A stretch of DNA of 64,000 nucleotides, from assembly GCA_951406725.2 (NCBI GenBank), contig OX597814.1, positions 172,980,001 to 173,044,000 of the forward strand, read 5' to 3'. This document shows, piece by piece, positions 12,906-26,665 of this stretch (position 1 is its first letter; each line of letters begins with the position of its first letter). Under the pieces are notes generated by a model. The model saw only the letters and a list, made by a program, of their open reading frames with translations, was not told the origin of the DNA and did not search any database. The stretch is from Octopus vulgaris. Taxonomy: Eukaryota. A program made the position numbers and the translations under genes.

Positions 12906-13504
12906 AAGGTGTGTCGTGCCAACAACACGCTGCTACGAATCGCTTGTAAATTTGTTCGTCTAATACCTGTGAGTTACCGACTTGTGGAGTTACGTAGAAC
13001 ATCTGTTGTCGCGTGTAGGACGTTTCCGACTTTCAGCTGTTTCCTCTGGAAAATATCGTCCTGCTTCCAGTTCATGTGGTGGTCAAGATTGAAAGGGCAG
13101 AAGACAGACACCTTCCTTTCCGGCTAAAGCCTTGTCAAATTTTAAAGTTTCACTAGAAAAAGGAAGGAGATGTTGGATAGGTAAGTACTACCTCGCCACA
13201 AATTTGTTGAAACGTTGATGAGAGTGACAGGAGATTGCGCTGAGTATGCGCCTGTGGATTTAAGGAGGAAGATAAGGAGAGAACAATTGCCCTAGAGGTC
13301 AGGTTGACAGTGGTTTTGTTAGGGTATTCACAGCCAGTCCTTGTTTTCTTTTCCGTTTTTTATATGACCTTTTTTCATTTTCGATCTCATTGTTTGTTCA
13401 TGTCTGACATCCCAGATACGAAACGTCGTAACAAAAGTCACTGCTGGCTATAATTTCTTTAGAATATAGATAGAGATAAGTTTAACAAGTGAATTTATTT
13501 TCTA

Positions 13505-14071
13505 TTGGGTTGTCCGGAAAGTTCACGTCGATTTTTAAAGGAAAGAAAAAGATCAATAAATACTTGCCGTTACATTTTTAATCAACTAAACATGAACCAT
13601 TTTGTTGCACAATGCGTCTCCATCTTTCCTTTAACTTGAAAATACCCTTTTCCCAGAATTGAGGTGGTTTCATGACATAGAATTCATCAAGGTATCTTTT
13701 TACGTCATCCAAGGAATTGAAATTTTTACCATTAAGACTATTCTGTAGAGACCTGAATCAGTGGAAATCCGAAGGAGCAATATCTGGTGAATATGGAGGG
13801 TGGGGTAACACACCCCAGCCGAGCTGCAGCAATTTTTGTCTGGTTCCCAAAGCATTAAGTGCCGAAAATGAACTTTCTTATCTTCCATTTTAAAGGGTTA
13901 CAAAATTAACACAGGTTATAGGAACATAAACCTTCTTCCACGAAAAGATAGCTTAAACTGTGCTCTAAATGGAGGTGGAGTCAAAATCCTATTTTATGAA
14001 CTCAATCATGTTCTAAAATAAGTCGAAAGGTAAGCTACTATAAATCGGCACGAACTTTCTGGACAACCCAA
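13505..14071 (-). mobile_element. Internally deleted mariner element
   Basis: TIRs TTGGGTTGTCCGGAAAGTTCACGTCGATTT / AAATCGGCACGAACTTTCTGGACAACCCAA, with TA on both sides. Minus strand joins the N-terminus MEDKKVHFRHLMLWE to C-terminal LPHPPYSPDIAPSDF...GIFKLKERWRRIVQQNG. Confidence 0.93.
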
Positions 14072-14169
14072 TAGTTTAAATATTTTTTGTTTCTTTGTTT
14101 CTGTTACTTCATTGTTCAGACGCATTTATGTGAACTCACATCATCATGTCGTCTTGTATCTTTCTGTGC

Positions 14170-14790
14170 AAGCAGAATCATCAGAGCGTCCGAGAAAATG
14201 CTCCGTTGTATTTATTCTGACTTTTGCGTTCAAAGATAAAATCCCGCTAAGATTTATGTTGCCTTTGATCCTTTAGGATCGATAAAATACGTACTAGTGG
14301 ATCAGCAGGGGTCGAGTAATCGACCACCCCACCCCGCCGCCGCCTCCAGAAAAATTTCAAACTGTGTAGAAATAATAATAATAATCATTATTGAAAGGCA
14401 GAATCGTTAGAGTGTAGAGAAAAATTTCTTGTAGCATTCGTTCCAGTTCTTTACATTCTGACTTTAAATCTTGCAGAGTTCTGGGGTCGATAAAATATTG
14501 TACTCATCAAGGACTGAGGTGGATGATATCAGCTAAATCCTTCATTCGAAAAATTATTGGCCTTCCATCTAAATCAGAAACAATTGCAAACAGGATTGGC
14601 AAGAGTACTTAGGCACCGGAAGTAATACTTCATAGAATTTCTTGCAGCACTTTAATTTCTGAGTTTGAATACCGTCGAGATCAACTTTGCCTTTTACCAT
14701 TTCGGGATCAACTACGTACAAGTCAGGTACTGGATTTGATAGTGTTAACTAACGTCTACCCGCTTAGTGTCAAAATTTGAAATCATTATT
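14170..14790 (+). mobile_element. Three degenerate head-to-tail SINE family B copies
   Basis: Repeated GCAGAATC(G)TTAGAG heads and GTCGATAAAA..GTAC cores. Confidence 0.7.
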
Positions 14791-14800
14791 ATAATTATGT

Positions 14801-15138
14801 GAAGGCGCATGACTTAGTGGTTGGAGCTTCGAGCTTACGATCATGAGGTTGTGAGCTCGAATCCCGGACCGAGCTGCGTGTTGTGTTCTTGAGCAAGACA
14901 CTTTATTTCACGTTGCTCCAGTTCACTCAGCTTTAGAAATGAGTTGCAACGTCACAGGTGCCAAGCTATATTGGCCCTTGCCTTTCCCTTGGATAACACC
15001 TGGTGGCGTGGAGAGGGGAGGCCGGTATCCATGGGTGACTGCTGGTCTTCCATAAACAACCTTGCCCAGACTTGTGCCTGGAAGGGTAACTTTCTAGGTG
15101 CAATCCTATGGTCAGTATCGTGACCGAAGGGGGTCTCA
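14801..15138 (+). mobile_element. tRNA-derived SINE family D with target-site duplication
   Basis: GAAGGCGCATGACTTAGTGGTT...TCGAATCCC head, then GTGTTGTGTTCTTGAGCAAGACACTTTA. ATTATAATTAT on both flanks. Confidence 0.8.
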
Positions 15139-15167
15139 GATTATAATTATTATAATGTGGCAGTACT

Positions 15168-16000
15168 AAGACGGCGAGCTGGAAGAATCGTTAGCACGCC
15201 AGATAAAACTTAGTGACATTTTGTCCATCTTCACGCTCTAAGTTCAAATTGCGCCGATATTGACTTAGCTATTCATTCTTACGAGGTTGATAAATTAAGC
15301 ACCATTTCAGCATTTAGGTCAATGTAATTAACTCTTCCCTCCACCCCTCAGAATTCCAGGCCTTGTACCTATGGCAGATTCGTTATCACACAGAATAGCT
15401 AGCTTAGCGGCATTTCTTTCTGTTCATTACGTTCTGAGTTCAAACTCAGCTGAGGTCGACTTTACCTTTCAACGTTTCAGGGTCAATAAAATAAGCTCTA
15501 GTCAATTACTTTGACCGATGTAATAGATTTGTTCACTTTCCACAAAATCGCTGGCTTTGCACCAAAATTAGAAATTTTGCAGAATCGTTTAAAAGGCGAG
15601 GGGAAAACGCTTTGCTATATTTAGTTGTGGACTTTCACATTCTGATTTCAAGTACGGCCACGATCGACTTTCCCTATTTTTGCTCCAAATTCGATATAAT
15701 AAAGTTAGAGGCTGGTTTTCTTCAATTTGATCGATTAATCCAGTCACCTCGAATATTTTAAACTTGCGCCGATGTGAGAAATCATTAAGGGTGGTGAATG
15801 AATACAATCGTCAGATACCCAACAAAATAATTTGTGGTATCTTTTCCGGTTCTTTGTATTCCGAGTTCAAATCCAGCCGACATTGACTGTGCTTTACATT
15901 TCTCCGAGCTCGTTAAAAATAGAGGTGTCAAGTCAATGCAATACACTGTCTTTCCGCTTCAAAATTGCTTGCCTTTTGCCTAAATTCGAAGCAGTTATTA
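15168..16000 (+). mobile_element. Further degenerate SINE family B copies (three or more)
   Basis: AAGACGGCGAGCTGG head at 15168. GAGTTCAAA cores at ~15240, ~15435, ~15863. Confidence 0.7.
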
Positions 16001-18077
16001 ATTTTAGTAGTAGTAGTAGTAGTAGTAGCAGTAGTAGTAGTAGTAGTAGTTGTAGTAGGGGAGGAGTAACATTCTCAAAACATATGACCTTATATATTAA
16101 TTAAGTTTCAGACACAGTCTCTCATTAGTGTACTTTTACGGTAGAAACCAGTTAAAAGGAAAAATAAAATAATAATTAATCTTCCCCACTCGGCCGAGTA
16201 CATACACACCTGCAATTAAACTACAAGTGGGGAGAAACGAATTGAAACTTTAGTATTCAATGATTATTTGATCCTAATTATGAAGATATTCAATCTTACT
16301 AGAACCGTCTAGAATTTTCTTTTAATTAATGCAATTTAGAGCTTTTGAAATTCTTTTTCGTCTTCTCTTTCTGTTCACTTCATTTCAGAAATGATTTTAA
16401 AACTCCAGTATTGATTTCATCCGATTATGCACAGGAATCTGATATTTCAAAAGAAATAGAACTGGGAATTTGTAAGCGACATGGAAGTCTAGTGCTAATA
16501 GTGTGAAGATGAAGCAAAACAGTTTCAACAGCAAACGGAATTGCATCGTAAGCTTAGCTTCTCTCAGAGCCTGCGTTATACTCTTATAACAGTAATTAAA
16601 TAATTAACGAATTAAGCTAAAGTTAATTAATCCTTTGTTTTTGTTTTTACTTTTTCTTTAGTCACAAAGGTTGATATGGAGAACCCGTTTTTAAACTCTT
16701 CTTGTTTTATTGTTGTTTATCCACATATCAACCCCCCCCCCCCGGCCGATTAAAAGCGATTGTTACAAATTACAGACATGGTCATTACGTCCATCTCTTT
16801 CAGAGAGAATAGACCGAGAACTATATTATCCGTAAGGACATTTTCTCTACAAGTCCGCTCTCAAAGCATTTACCTTTGAGTAGACGAGTCCATCCATATC
16901 TATATAAATAGGCACCGCATGTGATTTTTGTTGTTGTTTAATTCTGAGTTTATATAGTTTGGTTGCTATTTCTAGCATCTCAAGAGACATAGAGGCACCT
17001 TACGTTGGCTCGCTTTAAGTATAGAATGTTATATGAATTTGTGTATCGTGTTTACTAATTTTCTTTGTAACGTTCCAGCATGAGTGAATTAAGTACCCCA
17101 ATCCTCACCATTCCTTTTTTTTTTTTCATACTAATGTGTTGTGAAAACCTTTTACATCATTTTACTCGTGGCTTGTAGAATAGAGCCTGCCGCATCAAGG
17201 AAACCAAAGAGTGAACCGCTACGTAACCACTCGAATTGCTAGAACTGATACCCTACTGTCTTAAAAATAAAACGCACGAATATATTGGACAAATATGAAC
17301 GCTTATGTCAACAATATTAATAAATATATAAATAAATGAAAAGAGATTTGATATGCTTAGGATCAGGATGGATTCGGGCCCAAACAACAACAGATATAAG
17401 AAAAACTATAAGGAATCATCGAGGATGCTTCTCTGAAATCGCTTGACCTGGAAATAGCAACCAAAAAATATCCCTAAAATGACACTCTATTTCTTCAAAG
17501 AGAAAGAAATGAGACACTAAATAATATATCCCTCGAAGCATTATTTATTGAAAACTCCACATTGTGTCTATTTAATGTGTTGGCCAGAACATAGTCTTTT
17601 AGTGCGGGCTCAACACAAAGAAATAGGGTACCGATAGATGATTCTCACAACTAGCTAAGGTAGATGATGACACCGTCAGGTAGATATGAAATTTCCCCCT
17701 TCCTCCGACATTGTTAGCCTTGTGCCAAAATTTGAAACCGATACCGCATGTGCTGGTTTAAAAAGCTGGAATCTTACCCTTAAAATATACCATACCTAAT
17801 GACCTCACTGCATTTTTCGGCATGCACGCCATCAGCTTTGGATCTCTTCTGCACGTCACTTTATTTTTATTTTTTTAATAATTTTTATTTCTATTTTATA
17901 TTTTTAATTATTTATTGTTTCAAGTCTATCTTGATTGAATAAGCACATGATATATAATCAAAAGTGTTCCTGCTGTCATCATCCCTGCTCTTTTGTATAG
18001 GAGGGGCTAAATTGTACAATGTGTATTTTCTATTTTTGTAATACAGCATACATGTATACTAATATGGATGTTACTTT

Positions 18078-18513
18078 AAGGTGGACCCCGCATAGAACAG
18101 TAATTCTCAACTAATACACTAACACATTACAAGGGGCATCTACTATATGTTTAGAAATATTGACCTTTAGAAAATCCATATTAATGTATAAACGTCTTTA
18201 AAAATATGTTTCTCATAATTTTGTTAGATGCAAAAATAATTAATAAATCAAAATAACCAAATCGTTTCCAATACATTTTTTGTAAATACTTTTTTCATTT
18301 TAAAACATTTCTCTCAAACTTTATACAAAGTGCACCAGTAAATCGTTTTTATTTTAACTCCAGCATGCCACGAAATTTTTTTAAAAATTGGAAGCGATTG
18401 GCGCAAAACATTTCTCATTGATTTGCCTCTAAATATTACGAGTGACAAAACCAGAGCCGGCCAAGGATTTTGATCAGTACGCGACAATTGCTGTTCTATG
18501 GAGGAATATATTA
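18078..18513. mobile_element. Possible old MITE
   Basis: CATAGAACAGTAATT near the left end and AATTGCTGTTCTATG near the right end are inverted. Outer termini poorly matched. Confidence 0.35.
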
Positions 18514-18721
18514 GATCAGCCCTAGATTCATTAGTGACGGTGAATGGAATATTCTGAGCTGGTCTGTGACATTTCCCAAAGGTCTAAGGAAACTTAAACA
18601 AGAAAAATCGTTGTAATAGGAAATCGAAACCGAATTTCTGTCTCAGCTTACCGGTGCTCCCCGCTATAAATCATAGTTTTAATTTCCGTAGTTTGGCATA
18701 AGGTCCCAAATATATTTGCTT

Positions 18722-18826
18722 GTATGTATGTATGTATGTATGTATGTATGTATGTATGTATGTATGTATGTATGTATGTATGTATGTATGTATGTATGTA
18801 TGTATGTATGTATGTATGTATGTATG
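18722..18826. repeat. (TATG)n microsatellite
   Basis: Direct reading. Confidence 0.95.
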
Positions 18827-19986
18827 TGTAAGTGTGTATAGGATGTGTAAAAGTACATGTGTATGATAATTTGCGTACACATGTAATTATGCAAATATAA
18901 ATATATTTAAACATACGTAGATTCATTAATAGTGCGCAAAGAGTTTTACCACTCACATGCGCACATGCGTATACTCATCCACATATGTGAAGGAAGAAGG
19001 AAATAAAAAGAGAGACAGAAAAATAGATGTATAAAAAGTGCAATGTGTATGCAAATATACAATCACGCCTCTATAACGATCTATACATTCAAACATATAC
19101 TCATTAGCTCATACAGACAAACGCATATAAAACAAAAAAGGAGGAAATAGGAAAACAGAAAAGAGACATACACATAGAACGATAGATATATAAAAGGGCT
19201 ACTATGAATACATACATAGATTCACACTCACATTGCAGTACAGGCATGCATACATATAAATATAAGTACATACAATCGCATAAAAATCACGAGCCCACGC
19301 ACACACACTTACACACACACGTTTGCATCTATACATATAGGAATGCACAAACACACACAAACGCTTACACACATACATTTTAGATAGATAGTGTTTAATT
19401 ACTAAAATTCATGAATATGGATTATATGTGAGTGAAATATTTCGACTGGAAATATTTGTTGAAAAGCAAAAGCAAAGCCGTGCATTCGGTAGAGGAAAAG
19501 AATGCAACGCTACGTAAAACCGATGGAAAGCAATGTAAAGCTATGGAAAGAACGTCAACAGATCAACATACCGACATAAGATGGACGGATTGTTTGTGGT
19601 GTTCTTGTTAACACCTAAGGTATTGAACACTAATCTTGTCTAATTGAGTTTATAGCATCGATACACGTTTCAAAGCTATACATGTGTGCATAAATGAATA
19701 ACAAAGTGATAGCAGTCGTGTCAAATTAAGACAACAACGATTGCGCAGAGATTGGCAAAAACACTACTCTGCTTCACTATTTTAGTCCCTGTATGACATG
19801 AAGGATTTAACAGTAGTTGTCAGATCGTAGTTCCATTTTGCGTGATAGTAATCCCCTGCAGAGAGTTTGTTGTTGTGTGTAGACAAGTTTAAATAAGTTG
19901 AAATGACGCAACGGTCAAACTATTCCAGTCTGATTATTAACAAACATCTTTCCATCATGACAAACAAACGTCATGTCACCCACGAA

Positions 19987-20022
<36 letters not shown>

Positions 20023-20067
20023 TGTGCGTATATATATATATATATGTGCGTATATATATATATGTGC

Positions 20068-20103
<36 letters not shown>

Positions 20104-20174
20104 ATACATACACACACATATATATATAGAGATAGATAGATAGATAGATAGATATAGATGCATCCATATATATA

Positions 20175-20216
<42 letters not shown>

Positions 20217-20286
20217 ACATACACACACATATATAGAGAGATAGATAGATAGATAGACAGATAGATAGATAGATATAGATACATCC

Positions 20287-20318
<32 letters not shown>

Positions 20319-20765
20319 GTACACTCACACATACATTACGTATGTTAATCTCTAGCATATTCAGACATTACACAAACACACACAAACATATACAGACAAC
20401 CGCGCGACTCCTGCTGCTCTGGGGTTATTCGTCACACACTAAGCCTCATGACACCAGCACCTTCAACTATCCAGTCATGTGCACCTACCCCCACCTATTG
20501 CTTCGACTACCTTATTGTCTCTGCTGTCTTATTCGGTGCGGATGAAATGCACAACACATCATCAAGTGTTTACGAGTCAACCAAACTCTATTACAAAGAT
20601 TAGAAGAGATATCAAAGTCGTGTTGAAATTTATTCCGGTTAGCCGTAAGCATCAGAAAGTTAAAGTATTTCCCCATATAAGAGAAGTATTTCAACTTCGG
20701 TTATATTTTGTAAAGTTCTACATATCGATGCTTGGAAATTGAGGGTTGTTATCTCTCTGTCTCTG

Positions 20766-20798
<33 letters not shown>

Positions 20799-20829
20799 TT
20801 CTCTCTCTCTCTTTGTCTCTCTCTCTTTG

Positions 20830-20870
<41 letters not shown>

Positions 20871-21952
20871 TCCTCCTCCATTTCCTCTCTTTCTTTCTCT
20901 TATCTATTCATATACATATCTATGTTTTATCTATGTTGCGTTAATCAATCACTATCACACTTGTTTTCTCAGTTTTTCTAGAAATTTGAAGCAAATGTCA
21001 TTCAAATCCCACAGGTTCTAAATAATGAAAGAACACAACTGATGATAAAGACACGGGTGCACTACGTCTAAGAAAGAAACAGACGGGATAGTCACGGTTA
21101 GAACACTTTTGATCGTGTATTTTCTTTCTCAATAATAACATAAAAACTGGTTTCGATCCTGTTCATGATCTAATGCAATGGTTCTTAGCATGCGCGAAAC
21201 GCCTTTTTGGAGACGTTTTGAGCTGACAAACGGGGCAGTAAACGTAAAAGATTAGGGCCGGAGGCACCAGGCGTTTAAAGGGATCGTGATTTTTCTAAGA
21301 TGTAAATATTTCAATAAACGGATTTTTACAAATGCTAAACGCATTTCAAACAAATATATTCCCCAAAAGATATAATATTATACGAAAAATTCTCATAGGA
21401 CATTGTGTTATCAGTGAGCAAAAATACAAATAGCGACGCGCCTTTATTCAACATAATTCAGTCATAGATATCCTCGTCTCTTTTAGTAATTTTTATACCA
21501 ATTAAACACAGGAGGCACTATCTCAAACAGGTATCTGAAAAGAGGCACAGGTGGGGTAGAATAATAATCAATTCCACAGACTAACGTTCTATTTGATTAA
21601 AATAATCTCTTGCATTATTTATTTCACGGTTTATGTATGTATACCTACATTTTTTTTTATGTATTTATCTGCAAAATATGGGAGCTGGTGTTTGTAAAAC
21701 GACATTTCATAAAAACTGTGCTATGCTACAAAGGAATGGCTGGCATTGTTTTAATGCAACTGACAAATCAGAAGCGTCCAATCATTTTTCTATTTTACCT
21801 TTGAGATGAAATATATACCCAGCTCTACGTTATCCAAAATATCACTTCCGTAAGTTGACTTTGAGAAAGATTTGACCGTTGTTTCTGCCAGGTTAAGGAA
21901 CCGAAGAGAAAACCTCGTGGTATGGCTTGATGTTATCTGTTAATTAATAATA

Positions 21953-23232
21953 CAGGGTGCCGCACAAAAAACACAGGAAGTTTTAGATTTTCATTATGTA
22001 TTTTACATATGAATTTTATCATGTATTTTAGTGTATTTTATTTTATCAATGACCTAAAAAAATTAACTAACATATACCTTTTCTAATTCCATTTTTTAAA
22101 ATTCCAGGTTGCGGCAGTTACCAAATTTTCAACGCGAGGTGGTTGTTCTCTTTAAAAAAAGAACACCCAGCTTGGGGACTGAAAAAATGCCAAGAAAATT
22201 TACCAGAATTCTTTAGCGCGTTAACTAAAAATCAATTTACAGATGTTGTAGTTGTACTTAAAAGAGAAGGGTCACCTGTTGCTGAAGTTCGTAAATGTGG
22301 GCCTGGCACAATTAAGAAAATTCATTCGCCTACCAAACAGGCTGTGTTGGACCTTGCTGTCACACCACCAAAACACGAAATAAGACATTCCAGTCAGCGT
22401 CAAATTTGTCGAGAACTACAGTTACCAGAAGGTACAGTCTTTCGCATTCTTCAACAATCCAAATTAAAGTGCCATAGGAGAATTAAATGCAATTTATTTT
22501 CTTACTGAAGCTCATCAAAAAGCACGTGAACAAAAGTGTCAGGCACTGATAAATCGTTTCGAAGAACACGATAAGCGTGGTTTTCCGATGAATCAAACAT
22601 CAGTCTTCATTCACCTTTGAACTCCGAAAATGATCGCATTTATCGTGCTGTACAGGTTAAAACAAACATTTCTGAGAATGATCTCAAGGTGGAAATTGGT
22701 AAACAATAGCCATCACTTATATGCTATGGTGCAGCCGCCTGGCATGGTAAAGCAGACTTGCGGTTTATTGAAGGAGATGCTGTTGAGCAAGAACATTTTC
22801 TATCGTACAGAAGAAAGAAAATAACAGTAAATCAGCTCGTGTATAGAAAGGAAATGTGCACCCAAATGTTCCACAACATAAACCAAGTAATGGGAGGAGA
22901 TGAATGAACATGGCAAGATGGAGCAAAGGCCCACATACCCATGGACAGTTGCTTTGGCTCAGAACCAATACTCCTGACTTCATTGAGCTTAACGAACGGC
23001 CCTCGAAAGTCCAGATCTCAACATAATGGATTTTACCATGTGGAGTTTACTGTTACATCAACTTCAATTACAGAGGTGAGAGGTCATAGACATACAATCC
23101 TCAAAAACTATATTGGTGGAAGCTTGGAACAATATCCCGCTTGAAGTCATCCAAAGGGTGACTGGAAGTTGGTTAGACCATCTACGCCAATGTGCAGCTG
23201 CTCACAGAAGGAATTTTGAACATCAATTCTAA
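21953..23232 (+). mobile_element. Decayed Tc1/mariner-superfamily transposon, maT (DD37D)-like; right TIR not seen
   Basis: TA|CAGGGTG left end, HTH-like SQRQICRELQLPEGTVFRIL (ORF 22143..22508), then across frameshifts WFSDES...NSENDRIY, WQDGAKAH and SPDLNIMDF (third catalytic residue D). Confidence 0.8.
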
Positions 23233-23927
23233 CATTTGTGTTTTTCTGTTTTAACAATTTAAATCGAGTGTTCTCGCCTCAGACCGTGAAGAAATGGTTA
23301 CTCAGTTTTCTTGAATAAACAACTTGTAAAGAAACTAACGAAGTTAGCCTGATTCTATGAAAGGAAGATAGCGGATATGTATCGTCGTCATGAGAGATCC
23401 ACCTGATGGAATCAAGTACTCTACAAGTAATCTCAGACTTTAAGAAAAACAAAAATGGTCTATGGCTTTGTCCAGAATGTGTGAATGTCTGAGCTTGCTT
23501 GATATTTATGTGTGCGCGGAAGGGGGTTTGTGTATGTGTGCGCGCGCGGGTTTGTAGTTCAATGTCGAGGATCAATCTTGGCATAGGATAGTGTACAGAA
23601 TACAAACCAAATATCAGAAACAATAATAAACATGCAATAATAATAAACAATAATAAACATACAAAGCAAATATCTGAAACAATAATAAACATGCAATAGT
23701 GTGGTATTCAATGATTTATAGAACATACATGCGTTTCAGAAAAATGCAGTAATTATTGCATAGCAGCTGCAGAAACATTTTGCAATCTTTCACTCACCTC
23801 ATCAGTGTCATTATAGAACATACATGCATGTTAACATGTATGTTGTACAAAACACTGTATACGATACTTGTTTTTGTTGTTTTTTTTGATAATGTGTATG
23901 TGTTTGTGTGTGTACACCCGAATTTTT

Positions 23928-23987
<60 letters not shown>

Positions 23988-24012
23988 TGGATAGAAAGAT
24001 AGACAGGCAGAC

Positions 24013-24077
<65 letters not shown>

Positions 24078-24100
24078 TAGAAAGATAGACAGGCAGACAG

Positions 24101-24139
<39 letters not shown>

Positions 24140-24168
24140 TGGATAGAAAGATAGACAGGCAGACAGAC

Positions 24169-24248
<80 letters not shown>

Positions 24249-24282
24249 TTCTTTATTGGCCACGCAGGGCTGAACACAGAAA

Positions 24283-24356
<74 letters not shown>
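23928..24356. repeat. (GATA)n/(GA)n compound microsatellite with a three-fold higher-order unit
   Basis: TGGATAGAAAGATAGACAGGCAGACAG recurs three times between GATA and GA runs. Confidence 0.9.
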
Positions 24357-24357
<1 letters not shown>

Positions 24358-25274
24358 TTATTTTGTTAAACTTTCTGATAGAGAAATTAAAGGCAACAAA
24401 TTAATGAACTTAAAAACAGAAATATATATGAATGTGCAAATGATAGAAAACTACGACCTTATGATTGTGGGCTAGGAAGAAACCAGAGATAAAAATTACA
24501 AGTCCCTTTAGATTATACAAACTGATTATGTTTGATATTGTGAATAAATTATACTACCCTACTGGATAGTTTGTTAAGTTATTGACAGACGTTCTAAACA
24601 AGCTAAAGAAATAAGTACATGTCAGAGGGATTAAGAAATATATTTTTTTATAATCAAATTAGCGACAATTAAATTTTTAGAGGTATTAATTTTCGATATC
24701 AGATTTAGAAATACAAGCCGTCGTCTTTGTTTTGGAGGCGGAGTTGATGGTGGTGGGTGATGTTTTTTTTGTTTTTTTGTTTTTTTAGGTTAACCTTACC
24801 CGAAGCAAACCGATTATCAAAGACATTCTTGCTGTGTCTACACCGTCTTTGGGAAGTACATCTAGGATTAAAGTATCTAATGTATTTCTTTTTAATTTAA
24901 CATAATTTTGCCTGATTTGAGAGAGAGAGAGAAATACTTTGCTGCTATTTATTTTCGATAACATGTGAAAGTCGTGGGTATTATTACTTCCTTCAGACCC
25001 AACAGTAAATAAGGACGAAAGAAAGATGTTGATTAACCATCTAGAATTTCATGGAGAGAGGAAAGAGAGCAGACGGGGTAACCATGAAAAATAAAATCTT
25101 TCGGTTTTTAGTTACGTCTTGATATGTAAAGATCTCCAGTTCGACTGTTCTCGATTTAACTCACTTTTGAATACCCCAAATTTTTCTATAGTTTTTGTAT
25201 ATAAAATGGAATATAATATGAAATAGAATCAAGACAATTGAAAAGGTTAGAATATAAAATAAAATAAAGTCAAG

Positions 25275-25313
25275 ACTATTGAAAAGGTTGCGAGACGCAA
25301 CGAAAATTTTAGG
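25275..25313 (+). ncRNA. Hammerhead-like motif (U3:A8 core), probably degenerate
   Basis: TTGAAAA-G-GTTGCG-AGA-CGCAAC-GAAA: core boxes flank a perfect 6 bp stem II. Stem III and cleavage triplet are unclear. Confidence 0.55.
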
Positions 25314-25585
25314 AAAATAAAAATAAGGAGTAAGTGGGAATTTTACCGGTGAGTGTGTTAAATTATAAGACACAAAAAGAAAATGACTCTCCCCACACAC
25401 AACAGAATATGCTTCAACACACGAACTCACATAAAGAATCTTGCAAACCAAATCCAAAAGCGAAATATGAAATAGAATATCCACCATTTCTTGTGGGATA
25501 AAGGAAAAAAAACAAGCTATTGGTTATTTAGTTGAATTCAAATCATGAAAATGTTACATAAACTTGTAATTTCAAACACCTCCGT

Positions 25586-26242
25586 ACGTAATTTTACAAA
25601 CAAGAGAATATCCCAAGTATACTGCAGGAACGTGGCTGAGGTCTATGAAATGGGAGAATGTCCAACGAAGTTGGCCGTTGGGGTTAAAAATATAATTTGT
25701 GAAAGGGTGTAATATGATATCTGAGGTCAGCGACCCGGGTAAGATAGGAGTCTGCTGGACTGGTTCTTAGGTAGGCTGGAGTAGGGTGTAGGTGATATTT
25801 TATTATAGTAGGCTTAGAGAGTTGGGTAGCAGGGAGAGAACCTAAGATAAATTAAGGGTTAGAAATAAAGAAAGAATAAAGAAAGTAAAAGAAGTGAAGA
25901 AAAGTAAATGCCTACTAGCCATTTAGGCGTAAGGCCGGGGTTTAAGATTCACTAGCTACGGCTAAGGGACAAAGGGAGAAGAGCAAAGATACACAGACTT
26001 TAGGGAGATTCTGAGGTTGAAAGTTGGGGAGGGTACGAAGGCAATCGAATAATAAGATCTAACTTTTAAAGAATTCTAGTGTTAAGCGCGAATGATATCA
26101 TATTACACCCTTTTACAAACTATACTCGCAACCTCAACAGCCAACTTTGTTGGTCATTCTCCCATCTTATAGTTGGCCTCGAAATACTTCAGCTGCGTCC
26201 CTGCAGTATTCTTGGGATATTCTCTTGTTTGTAAAATTACGT
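25586..26242. repeat. Imperfect ~140 bp inverted repeat with ~370 bp spacer
   Basis: 25586-25721 (ACGTAATTTTACAAACAAGAGAATATCCCAAG...GGGTGTAATATGATATC) is the reverse complement of 26094-26242. Confidence 0.9.
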
Positions 26243-26523
26243 TTCATCTGATGACTACGGTTTCTGGTAACGGAGTTATGTTCATATTTTTCTATTAAAA
26301 AAATGTCCGTGTATACCTACGACGTATAATTCAGCGTAATGCGTGCTTCGGACCAGCCCTTAGGCGCTAGATATTCATAGGGTAGGTTTTCTCTTAGTAC
26401 ACAACCGGAATATCTTATTTGATACTCACCAACCATAGGCCGGAACCACAGGTTTATTCAAACCTACCTGGTGCATATATTTTCAAGTACCTGCTTCTAT
26501 CTGAATCCTTATTTAAATATATA

Positions 26524-26572
<49 letters not shown>

Positions 26573-26620
26573 AGTATATATGTATGTATGTATGTATGAA
26601 TGAATGTATGTATGTATGTA

Positions 26621-26659
<39 letters not shown>

Positions 26660-26665
<6 letters not shown>

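Noticed and set aside
17220-17620. Recurrent CTAGAAATAGCA(A/G)CCAAA motif (also ~4600, 7485, 16965, 38405) as a regulatory element
   Set aside because: Better explained as an old dispersed repeat family; boundaries too degenerate to annotate.
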